A stretch of DNA of 35,219 bases from a candidate division TA06 bacterium (GCA_022562655.1 JADFOU010000001.1:392-35610), one strand, 5' to 3'; counted from the first letter of the stretch, positions 26,770-35,114 are shown. Numbers and translations are program-made. The notes: generated by a model not told the origin, from the letters alone.

Positions 26770-27294
26770 TTATGCCAACGCCTTAATGAGTTCAACACAG
26801 AAGACAGGGAGGTCATCCGGTTTGCGGGACGTAATCAGTTTCCCATTTACGACTACTTCCTGATCTACATACTTGGCACCCGCATGGATCAGGTCATCCT
26901 TTATCGCAGAGAAGCAGGTGACGGTCTTGCCCTGAAGGATCCCAGAAGAAGCCAGCATCCATCCCCCGTGACAGATAGCGGCGACTACTTTGCCCCTCTC
27001 ATGTGCCTCTTTCACCAATCGAACCATCGCCTCACACCTCCGCATCAGATCTGGAGCATACCCTCCTGGGATCACGACCGCATCATAAGATTCATCGATA
27101 ACCTCATCCACCCGTTTCTCTTCCTCCAAGGGATAGCCATGCTTACCCTTATAGTGCTTTGAGCGTCCCGTCCCGACAAAGATCACCTCTGCCCCTTCTT
27201 CCTTAAGACGATAGTAAGGATACCAGACTTCCAATTCCTGATAGAGGTCTTCCACCAGGATGAGAACCCGTCTCCCTTTGAGGGTTTCATTCAT
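26770..27294 (-). CDS. DJ-1/PfpI family protein
   Basis: VVIPGG...AAICHGG nucleophile elbow (Cys-His). The ATG overlaps the nuoI stop (ATGA, 27291..27294). Confidence 0.88.
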   Translation of the reverse strand: MNETLKGRRVLILVEDLYQELEVWYPYYRLKEEGAEVIFVGTGRSKHYKGKHGYPLEEEKRVDEVIDESYDAVVIPGGYAPDLMRRCEAMVRLVKEAHERGKVVAAICHGGWMLASSGILQGKTVTCFSAIKDDLIHAGAKYVDQEVVVNGKLITSRKPDDLPVFCVELIKALA

Positions 27295-27863
27295 TTTTTT
27301 CTTGTCGTTCCGGTGATCCCTGCCTCCTCCATCTTGCCCCTTGTTCCGCCACCGCCGAGAGGCCCGAAATGGGGCCTATATCCGTTATCAAATCCCAGCT
27401 TGTCCGCACGATTGAGGAGCATCTCCATGGTAAAGATAGACTCTTCTCGGGTATCGGTGGCAAGATCATACTCCTTACTCATGATGATCGCCTCTTCCGG
27501 GCAGGCATCCACGCAGTAACCACAGAAGACACACCGAAGCATGTCAATGTCAAACCTTGTCGGAATTTTCTCAACCCGGTTATTGGGGTGCTCCCCCGCC
27601 TCAATATGGATACAGTCCGCGGGACAGATGGTCGCACAGAGGAAACAGGCGGTGCATTTGGGAGTACCATCCTCATGTTTTGTGAGGATGTGAACTCCCC
27701 GAAACCGTTCGGAATAGTCTCGTTCCTCCTCTGGATACTGGATGGTCACCCGATTCCTCAGGAATATCGTTCGAAAAAAATTGGAGAGAGTGACCCAGAG
27801 CCCCCTCAGAGTATCCAGGGGTCCCACCTTCTCGACCTTCACCACCTTCACATAAGATTCCAT
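27291..27863 (-). CDS. nuoI: NADH-quinone oxidoreductase subunit I (2x[4Fe-4S])
   Basis: CTACFLCATICP and CVFCGYCVDACP ferredoxin motifs, plus a ~35-aa Gly-rich C-terminal tail. Confidence 0.9.
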   Translation of the reverse strand: MESYVKVVKVEKVGPLDTLRGLWVTLSNFFRTIFLRNRVTIQYPEEERDYSERFRGVHILTKHEDGTPKCTACFLCATICPADCIHIEAGEHPNNRVEKIPTRFDIDMLRCVFCGYCVDACPEEAIIMSKEYDLATDTREESIFTMEMLLNRADKLGFDNGYRPHFGPLGGGGTRGKMEEAGITGTTRKK

Positions 27864-27963
27864 GAGTTTGGTTAAATGGTAATTGGTGATTTGTTAAACG
27901 GGTAAATTTGGCTAAACGATATTTGGTTGGACATTCAATTGAACCATTTAACGATTCTACAAT
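27864..27963. repeat. Intergenic GGTTAAAT-family element, copy D
   Basis: ggttaaatggtaa at 27870..27882. Downstream come gttaaacgggtaaat, gctaaacg and ccatttaacgattctacaatttaac. Confidence 0.65.
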
Positions 27964-29574
27964 TTAACTACTAATCCGCCTTCCTAGATCTCCAATCCCC
28001 TTCAGTGTCATTCCCTGGAATGCCCTCTCCTCTTTGGAGAGTTGAAGAAAAACGTCCTGGGCGGTAGGAAAAGAGAGACTCACACCAAAATGCACTAAAA
28101 GATCTCTGAAGATCTCCCAATCCGGTCTCGACTCCCCGATAGGAGGAAAAGCCCTGTGGATCTGTTGAACCCTGTCCTCATAATTGGTGAAGGTCCCATC
28201 CTTCTCCGCATAGGTACAGGAAGGAAGGACGACATGAGCAGCCCTCATTCCCTCTCCATTATGAGTGGCATGCATCACCACAAACTCCGCCTTCTCGAGA
28301 GCTTCTTTGAGTAAGGTCTTATCCGGGAAATGGTCAATGGGTCTCTGCAGATAAAGCCCCTTGATCTTCCCTTCTTTGACAGCGGTCAATATCCCTTTTG
28401 TATCCAAACCTCCATTCTTGGGAACAAGATCCAGGGCAAGGGCTCCTCGGGTATTCGGATTCTCATCCTTCCTCCGGAGAATCGAATCCTCCATTTCCCG
28501 GACTTTTTTATCCTCATCATTCACTCGAAAATCCATAAGAGAGGTTCCAATCCCCTCTCTTATCCATTTCTTGAAGAGAAAGAGATCCTCATTTGTCCCT
28601 TGAGGGGATGCAATCCCTGCGATGGCTTCTGGACCTGACTCTTCTTTGATTTTTTTGAGTTCTTTGACGACCCGATCCAGAGCCTCCTCCCAGGGTGAGG
28701 GCTCCAGGTTTTCACCATTCCGGATCATCGGGTATTTTAACCGGTTTTCCCCGTTGATCAATGGGTAAGCCATCCTCCCCTTATCACACATCCAACTCTT
28801 ATTCACCTCGGGGTTCCTCCGGGGGACAAGGCGAAAGACAACTCCCTTTGTATGGTCAATCCGGATATTACAACCCGTAGAACAGGTCGGGCAGACCGAC
28901 TTCGTCCCCTTCAGAAACCAGACCCTCTGTTTGAATCGGAAGTCCTTGCTTGTGAGGGCTCCCACCGGACAGATATCCACCACATTTCCTGAGTAGGAAT
29001 TATCAATGGGTTGGTCTTTATAGGTCCCGATCTCTGTCCGATCTCCCCGTTTGTAGAATTGCAACTCTCCCGTATGGGTCACCTCGTCAAAAAAGCGGAT
29101 ACAACGTGAACAGAGGATACACCGCTCCGTATCCAGGACGATCATCTCGCCGAGATCAATCACCTTCCGCTTCAGAACCTTCTCCCTGAGGCCAATCCGA
29201 CTGTTGTGGAGACCATGGTTCATATAGTAATCCTGGAGCCCGCACTCTCCTGCCTGGTCACAGATGGGGCAGTCGATGGGGTGGTTGATCAGGAGAAACT
29301 CCATCACACTCTCCTGAGCCTTTGTCACGTTTTCGTTCTTTGTATGAACCACCATCCCATCCGCCACAGGAGTGGCACAGGCGATGGGGAGTTTCGGCAT
29401 CCCCTCCACCTCCACGAGGCACATCCTACAGTTCCCATCAATGGAGAGATCCGGGTGATAGCAGTAGTGGGGGATATGAATGTCGTTTTCCAAGGCTGCC
29501 TGGATGATGACCGTCCCTTCCGGAACCTCTAATTCTTTTCCGTCAATAGTGATCTTAACCATATAGGTTTTCAT
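27964..29574 (-). CDS. nuoG: NADH-quinone oxidoreductase subunit G, short form (536 aa)
   Basis: N-terminal 2Fe-2S domain (CYHPDLSIDGNCRMCLVEV), HPIDCPICDQAGEC, CILCSRCIRF, and a partial molybdopterin-like domain. Confidence 0.88.
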   Translation of the reverse strand: MKTYMVKITIDGKELEVPEGTVIIQAALENDIHIPHYCYHPDLSIDGNCRMCLVEVEGMPKLPIACATPVADGMVVHTKNENVTKAQESVMEFLLINHPIDCPICDQAGECGLQDYYMNHGLHNSRIGLREKVLKRKVIDLGEMIVLDTERCILCSRCIRFFDEVTHTGELQFYKRGDRTEIGTYKDQPIDNSYSGNVVDICPVGALTSKDFRFKQRVWFLKGTKSVCPTCSTGCNIRIDHTKGVVFRLVPRRNPEVNKSWMCDKGRMAYPLINGENRLKYPMIRNGENLEPSPWEEALDRVVKELKKIKEESGPEAIAGIASPQGTNEDLFLFKKWIREGIGTSLMDFRVNDEDKKVREMEDSILRRKDENPNTRGALALDLVPKNGGLDTKGILTAVKEGKIKGLYLQRPIDHFPDKTLLKEALEKAEFVVMHATHNGEGMRAAHVVLPSCTYAEKDGTFTNYEDRVQQIHRAFPPIGESRPDWEIFRDLLVHFGVSLSFPTAQDVFLQLSKEERAFQGMTLKGIGDLGRRISS

Positions 29575-29656
29575 TTAGAATTCTAAATTCCAACATTCGG
29601 GTTAACCTTCTAATCTAAAATCCGTTCTGAGAGATTAAATCCATTGGTTACGGTAA

Positions 29657-30037
29657 TTACAATTTTTTAAATGTAGAAAAAATCTGAGTTGCCACTATCA
29701 TTCCCTTTGCACTAAGAGAAGAAAGGTTGGGTATAGTATCATCATAGTCTGCTTTTCTTCTGTCTTTCTTCAGACGCCTCCCTGCTTCACCTATTTTCTT
29801 AAGGGGAATTTCAGTCTGGCTTCTGAACCACTTCCAAACGATTATATGATCTGTCCCAGTGTTAGTGATCTGAACCTCAGGCTTATTATCCCGCAAATAA
29901 TTTCTTGCCTTACAAAAGACTGCGTAATAAGCTCTGCTGATGGCTGAACGCAATTTGGAGTCTTGAGTCGAAGGGTTCGTTGGTTGCCCTGCGAGTTCCT
30001 TCGCTAAATTTAGATAGTCGATCCAATCGAAACTCAT
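29657..30037 (-). CDS. Small hypothetical protein (126 aa), tentatively a HEPN-like four-helix domain
   Basis: Pattern WIDYLNLAKELAG...LRSAISRAYYAVFCKARNYL...RRLKKDRRKADYDD resembles HEPN-type helices. I could not find a canonical Rx4-6H. The ATG overlaps the upstream stop (ATGA at 30034..30037). Confidence 0.45.
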   Translation of the reverse strand: MSFDWIDYLNLAKELAGQPTNPSTQDSKLRSAISRAYYAVFCKARNYLRDNKPEVQITNTGTDHIIVWKWFRSQTEIPLKKIGEAGRRLKKDRRKADYDDTIPNLSSLSAKGMIVATQIFSTFKKL

Positions 30038-30537
30038 AAGAATTCAACATCAATGCAGAGTTTGCCTTGCCCTCGGTCCATAGCTCTAAGCCACCACTCC
30101 TTATCAAATTTATCAAGTCTCTCCAATGCTTCCTTCGGTGAGAGACTCGTTTGAATAAAGGCGAAGAATTCCTTCTCTTCTTCTTCCGCTTCAGGATCGG
30201 TCACTACTTCAAGGACCACATGGGGGTGATGTCCGAAGTAATCCTCAATCCGGGCATATACTTCCAGCAACAGAGTAACGAGAAAAGAATTGGTTGAAAG
30301 AAATTGAAGAACTTCTGATCTTCTTCTTACAGTATAAGATCGCTCAAGAAATTCCAATAGAATTGGGTCGAGGCGAACAGTTGCGGCACCCACCTGTTGC
30401 CAGGGAGTACCAAGTTTTACAACATTCCATGCATGAGTCCGTGAATGTAATGAAATCCACTCCTGTTCATGAGCTTCGGCAATTCTATAAATCGGTTGAT
30501 CGATTAAATCCTCAGAAAAGTTCTCTACTTCAGGCAT
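30034..30537 (-). CDS. Hypothetical protein (167 aa) with an acidic segment in its C-terminal half; no family recognised
   Basis: Track ORF 30034..30615 begins with TTG. I prefer ATG 30537 (MPEVENF) because GGAGGAG lies immediately upstream. It is translationally coupled to the 126-aa gene. Confidence 0.6.
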   Translation of the reverse strand: MPEVENFSEDLIDQPIYRIAEAHEQEWISLHSRTHAWNVVKLGTPWQQVGAATVRLDPILLEFLERSYTVRRRSEVLQFLSTNSFLVTLLLEVYARIEDYFGHHPHVVLEVVTDPEAEEEEKEFFAFIQTSLSPKEALERLDKFDKEWWLRAMDRGQGKLCIDVEFL

Positions 30538-30615
30538 TCTCCTCCGTTGAAACCACTGAGACTGGTTAGGTATAGGAAACGACGCTTTCCCTAATGTAGA
30601 TGAAAGATTGGCCAA

Positions 30616-31359
30616 TTATTCTTTCTCCTGTTCAAATATTTGTCTCAATCGGTCTGTTAGGCAGGCCTCAAAAGTATCCTTGATATGTTGATGGGCAATC
30701 TGTATCCATTCAAGGACATTATCAAAGGTTATTTTCCTAGATTGAGCAAGAGAATAATCTAAATCGAGGATCATTGCTATCAAGCCGGGTCTATCCACTT
30801 CAGCGTTTGCCAACTCCATCTTCAGGATATCTCTTGAATTTTGATGAGACAACTGAATCCCTGCAATAAAGGGACCATGCTCTTGGGGTAATTGTTTCCC
30901 TAAAAAGGGGTAAAACTGCAAGTAATCTTCTATCTTTATTTCCTGCACTGGAATTTCAATGCGGTTAATGTATCGGAGCCCAATGTTTTGAATTCCTTTC
31001 GGCTTGGCTATTCTACGATAAACATCGAAGCCCTGCTGAATTAAAGGCAGGAACTCCTCCCAAGTAGAATAAGGCTTCAAGTGGTTGACGGATAGAAAAT
31101 TGGGTCCGACCTGTATCAAGACCTTTCCATCGTCTCGTAAAAACTGAATTCGTTCTGTTGTTCTCATTTGTTGTTTAACACCTTCTTGATCGGCAGTAAG
31201 GTTTCCTTCAATTACCTTGACTGGCCGTCTTTTCGGGAAGTCCTTCTTCACCTCTTCATAGACCAGGCCTGGGATAGCGAGATCCCATGAGGCGTCTGGC
31301 TCAAACTGAATACCACAGAGTGCCTCAATGAGAGGAGGATTCTTATACTTTCTATCCAA
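30616..31359 (-). CDS. TIGR04255-like uncharacterised protein (247 aa)
   Basis: The N-terminus YKNPPLIEALCGIQF matches my recollection of the TIGR04255 family signature, and the size fits (~250-270 aa). TTG start with no clear SD. Confidence 0.55.
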   Translation of the reverse strand: MDRKYKNPPLIEALCGIQFEPDASWDLAIPGLVYEEVKKDFPKRRPVKVIEGNLTADQEGVKQQMRTTERIQFLRDDGKVLIQVGPNFLSVNHLKPYSTWEEFLPLIQQGFDVYRRIAKPKGIQNIGLRYINRIEIPVQEIKIEDYLQFYPFLGKQLPQEHGPFIAGIQLSHQNSRDILKMELANAEVDRPGLIAMILDLDYSLAQSRKITFDNVLEWIQIAHQHIKDTFEACLTDRLRQIFEQEKE

Positions 31360-31410
31360 ATTAGCAATATTTTGAACCTTGAAATGATCCGTCTAAGGCA
31401 GATTGCTTTG

Positions 31411-32700
31411 TTAATTCTGAGTTTGACTATGCGATGCACACCCTCCATTGGCGATATGATCCTCAAACTCTTTCCGATATTTTATGATAAAACTCTCAAT
31501 CGGGGAGGCCGCCGCATCGGCAAGGGTGCAGACCGTCCGGAACTTCATGCGATCCGCAACATCCATCAGGAGGTCTAAATCCGGCAGTTCTCCCTTCCCT
31601 TCTACAAAAGGATGGAGCAACTTAACCGCCCACCCCGTCCCTTCCCGGCAAGGGGTACACTGACCACAGGACTCATCTGCAAAAAACTCGGTTAATACCA
31701 AGAGGGACCTGACCATGCATGCCTCCTCCCCAAAGACGATCACCCCTCCCGACCCCAGGTGTGAACCGATCTCTTTCATGGAATCAAAGTCAAGGATCGC
31801 CTTATCGCACTCCTCTGCCGTCAGGATGGGAACAGAAGGACCTCCTGGAATAATCCCCTTCAACCGACTCCCATTCTGCATCCCACCACAGTGGTCATTG
31901 ATCAATTCCATCAAGGGTGAACCCATTTCTAACTCATAAACCCCAGGTTTCTTCACATGCCCGCTCACGCAGAAGAGGCGGGTTCCCGGGCTCTTCTCGG
32001 GGCCGATCTTGGCATAGGTGTCACTCCCGTTCTGGAGTATCCAGGGGACCGTAGCCAAGGTCTCCGTATTATTCACCACTGTCGGACACCCGAAGAGACC
32101 CTGGATTGCAGGGAAAGGAGGCTTCACCTTGGGATAGCCCCGTTTTCCTTCCAAAGAAGAGAGCATGCCCGTCTCATCCCCACAGATATAAGCCCCTGCT
32201 CCTTTATAGACAATGATCTCCAGATCAAAACCCGTCCCCAGAATATTCTTCCCCAAATACCCCTTCTCCTTCGCCTCTTCAACTGCCCTCTCCGTATTCT
32301 CAATACAGGAGGTATACTCCCCACGAATATAGACAAAGGCGAGGTGAACATCCAGGGCATAAGCGGCAATGATCATCCCTTCCAACATCTGATGGGTGTT
32401 TCTCTCCATCAGGAGGCGATCCTTGAAGGTCCCGGGCTCACTCTCATCGCTGTTGTTCACAAGATATTTGGGCTTGGGAGACTTCTTATCCATAAAACTC
32501 CACTTGAGCCCCGTGGGAAATCCGGCACCACCCCGCCCACGTAAGCCCGACTTCTTCATCTCCTCAATAATCTCCTCCGGCGTCATCTCCTTGAGGGCTT
32601 TTTGAAAAGCCTTGTACCCCCCATGAGCCTCATAACTCTTCAGGGTATGGGACTCCGGATCGTCAAGGTTTGCGGTGAGGATTTTCTTATGCTCTCTCAT
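31411..32700 (-). CDS. nuoF: NADH-quinone oxidoreductase subunit F
   Basis: GRGGAGFPTG, GAGAYICGDETGMLSSLEG (FMN/NADH site) and ESCGQCTPCREG (N3 cluster). Confidence 0.95.
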   Translation of the reverse strand: MREHKKILTANLDDPESHTLKSYEAHGGYKAFQKALKEMTPEEIIEEMKKSGLRGRGGAGFPTGLKWSFMDKKSPKPKYLVNNSDESEPGTFKDRLLMERNTHQMLEGMIIAAYALDVHLAFVYIRGEYTSCIENTERAVEEAKEKGYLGKNILGTGFDLEIIVYKGAGAYICGDETGMLSSLEGKRGYPKVKPPFPAIQGLFGCPTVVNNTETLATVPWILQNGSDTYAKIGPEKSPGTRLFCVSGHVKKPGVYELEMGSPLMELINDHCGGMQNGSRLKGIIPGGPSVPILTAEECDKAILDFDSMKEIGSHLGSGGVIVFGEEACMVRSLLVLTEFFADESCGQCTPCREGTGWAVKLLHPFVEGKGELPDLDLLMDVADRMKFRTVCTLADAAASPIESFIIKYRKEFEDHIANGGCASHSQTQN

Positions 32701-32730
32701 CAGCGGATTTCCCGGATTTTTTGGAATTTT

Positions 32731-33228
32731 TTATTTTCCATTTGTCATTGCCTCCTTCCTCCACCCCTCAACCAACTCCGTCACCCTCTCCCTCGTCAGA
32801 TCTTCATAATATCGGTTGTTCACCATCATCATGGGAGCTGTCCCGCAGGATCCAAGGCATTCTGCCAGTTGTAGGGTAAAAACTCCATCCTTTGTCGTCT
32901 CCCCCACCTGGACCTTGAGAAGGTCTTGAAGATGGGTCAGGATATTTTCATACTCCCGGAGATAACAGGAGATGTTCTTACAGAGACTGATCACATACTT
33001 TCCCGCCGATTTTCTCCGAAGCATCCAGTAGAAGGAGAGGACGCCTAAAACCTTTGCCGCGGAAAAGTCAAAGAGACCTGCGATATATTCCACCGCCTCA
33101 TCATCCACACACCCCCTTTCATTATGGACAATCCAGAAGACGGGGAGGAGGGCGGAATCTTTCACCGGATATCGCCCCAACTCCCGCTCAATTTCTTTCT
33201 TCGCCTTCTCAGAAAGTTCGAATGACAT
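32731..33228 (-). CDS. nuoE: NADH-quinone oxidoreductase subunit E
   Basis: Thioredoxin-like 2Fe-2S subunit with CKNISCYL and ECLGSCGTAPMMMVN. Confidence 0.93.
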   Translation of the reverse strand: MSFELSEKAKKEIERELGRYPVKDSALLPVFWIVHNERGCVDDEAVEYIAGLFDFSAAKVLGVLSFYWMLRRKSAGKYVISLCKNISCYLREYENILTHLQDLLKVQVGETTKDGVFTLQLAECLGSCGTAPMMMVNNRYYEDLTRERVTELVEGWRKEAMTNGK

Positions 33229-33338
33229 CGAAGTCTAGAATTTGGATAATGGGTTTTGGTAAATCGTTTGAGTAATTCTAAATTGGAAATTCGTTATTCG
33301 ACATTCGAAATTCTATGCACCCATTACTCAGTTATCGC

Positions 33339-35114
33339 CTAACGTTCGAGCTCCCCTGCTACGATATTGAGACTCCCCAGAATGGCAACCAGATCCGCGA
33401 TGAGCCCCCCCTTAACCATACTGTCAAAAGCCTGAAAGACGGCAAAGCAGGGGGGACGAACCTTGAACCGATAGGGATGCCCCGTCCCATCACTGATGAT
33501 ATAGAACCCCAGTTCCCCATTGGCGGCTTCGGTATAGGTATAGACCTCTCCAGGCGGTACCTGGATCCCCTCCATCACCAGTTTGAACTGCTGCATGAGT
33601 GCCTCAATATTGGTATAGACCTCCTCCTTCGGGGGCATCGCCACCCGCTTGTCATCGGTGATGACAGGTCCTTCAGGGATATCCTTCAATGCCTGTTCAA
33701 TGATCCGGATGGACTGGCGCATCTCCTCCATCCGAACCAGATACCGGTCATAGACATCCCCCCGGGTCCCGATGGGGACATCAAATTCAAACTGGTCATA
33801 TCCATAATAGGGATGGGCCTTCCGGACATCATAGGGGACCCCCGCCGCCCGCAGGCAGGGACCCGTGAATCCCCAATCCACGGCATCTTCAGCCGTCATA
33901 TCACTCACCCCCACCGTCCGCCTCCGGAAGATGACATTCCGGGTATTCATCTTGTCCACATCGTTGATAAACTTGGGAAGCTTTTTCAGAATCTCCTTCG
34001 ACCTCGGAATAAAATCCTTTGGTATATCCCACATCAGCCCACCGATCCTGGCATAACTTACCGTCAGGCGGGCCCCACAGCAGGACTCAATCAAACTATA
34101 GATCTCTTCCCTCGGCTGGAAGAAATACCAGAAGTTGGTGAGGGCACCCAGATCCACAAGATTCGTCCCGATACAGACCATGTGGTCCATGATCCGGTTG
34201 AACTCGGAGAGGATCACATGAATCCGCATTGCACGCTCCGGGACCTCAATCCCCAGGAGCTTCTCCACCGCCATACAGTAGCCCACATTGTTCATAAAGG
34301 CGGAGAGATAATTGAGCCGATCCACATAGGGCATCACCTGATTGTAGTCATGGGTCTCGCACATCTTCTCGAAACACCGGTGGAGGTAACCGATCTCGGT
34401 CTGGCACTCCTCGATCCGCTCTCCATCTAAAACGACCTGGAACCGGTAGACCCCGTGGGTGGCAGGATGGGCGGGACCAATGCTGAGAACCATCCTCTCC
34501 CCTGTCTCCATGTCCTCCTTTGGCTTCGCCAAAACCTCCTCAATATCCACTACTTCATAGGTCCGGCTGAGCCGATGGCGCTCCTCCGCATCATAATCCT
34601 TTCTCAGTGGGTACCCCACAAACTCCTCATGGGTGAGGATCCGCCGGAGGTAGGGATGTCCCTTGAACTGGAACCCGAACATATCAAAGGCTTCTCGCTC
34701 AAACCAGTTTGCCCCCTTCCAGATAGGGGTAACAGATTCGAGAGAGAGATCGGACTCCTCCAGGGGAACCTTGAGCCTCACGCGGTGTTTCTTATCGATG
34801 GAGTAGAGGTGATAAACTGCCTCAAAGCGATGATTCTGAACAGTACCTCCCCCCGGACCCTTTCCTTGGAGATGAACATGATACGGTGCTTGAAACTGAG
34901 GTCCCTGATTTCGGTTCAGGTTATCCACCCCACACAAATCCAAAAAGAGTTTATAATCAAGATCCGGGTGGGTCTTCAGAGTCTTGCAGACCTCAAGGAG
35001 ATCCTCTCGTTTGATCGTCACCACAAGATTTCCAAAAGGGTCCTCGGCATGGAGGATCGCCTCAGGATGGCGTTCCTTCAAAACTCGAACAGTAGCCTTT
35101 GTGTCTAACGTCAT
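33339..35114 (-). CDS. nuoCD: Fused NADH-quinone oxidoreductase subunit C/D
   Basis: N-terminal NuoC part (RFEAVYHLYS, ANWFEREAFDMFG) is joined in frame to a full NuoD (GPAHPATHGV ... C-terminal LGSLNIVAGELER). Confidence 0.93.
   Translation of the reverse strand: MTLDTKATVRVLKERHPEAILHAEDPFGNLVVTIKREDLLEVCKTLKTHPDLDYKLFLDLCGVDNLNRNQGPQFQAPYHVHLQGKGPGGGTVQNHRFEAVYHLYSIDKKHRVRLKVPLEESDLSLESVTPIWKGANWFEREAFDMFGFQFKGHPYLRRILTHEEFVGYPLRKDYDAEERHRLSRTYEVVDIEEVLAKPKEDMETGERMVLSIGPAHPATHGVYRFQVVLDGERIEECQTEIGYLHRCFEKMCETHDYNQVMPYVDRLNYLSAFMNNVGYCMAVEKLLGIEVPERAMRIHVILSEFNRIMDHMVCIGTNLVDLGALTNFWYFFQPREEIYSLIESCCGARLTVSYARIGGLMWDIPKDFIPRSKEILKKLPKFINDVDKMNTRNVIFRRRTVGVSDMTAEDAVDWGFTGPCLRAAGVPYDVRKAHPYYGYDQFEFDVPIGTRGDVYDRYLVRMEEMRQSIRIIEQALKDIPEGPVITDDKRVAMPPKEEVYTNIEALMQQFKLVMEGIQVPPGEVYTYTEAANGELGFYIISDGTGHPYRFKVRPPCFAVFQAFDSMVKGGLIADLVAILGSLNIVAGELER

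Noticed and set aside
33315-35108. Large plus-strand ORFs (371 aa at 33315..34430 and 217 aa at 34455..35108).
   Set aside because: They lie exactly antisense to the strongly conserved nuoCD gene. Their translations are low-complexity (Pro/His/Ile/Leu-rich) with no recognisable motifs. This is typical of shadow ORFs opposite a real gene.
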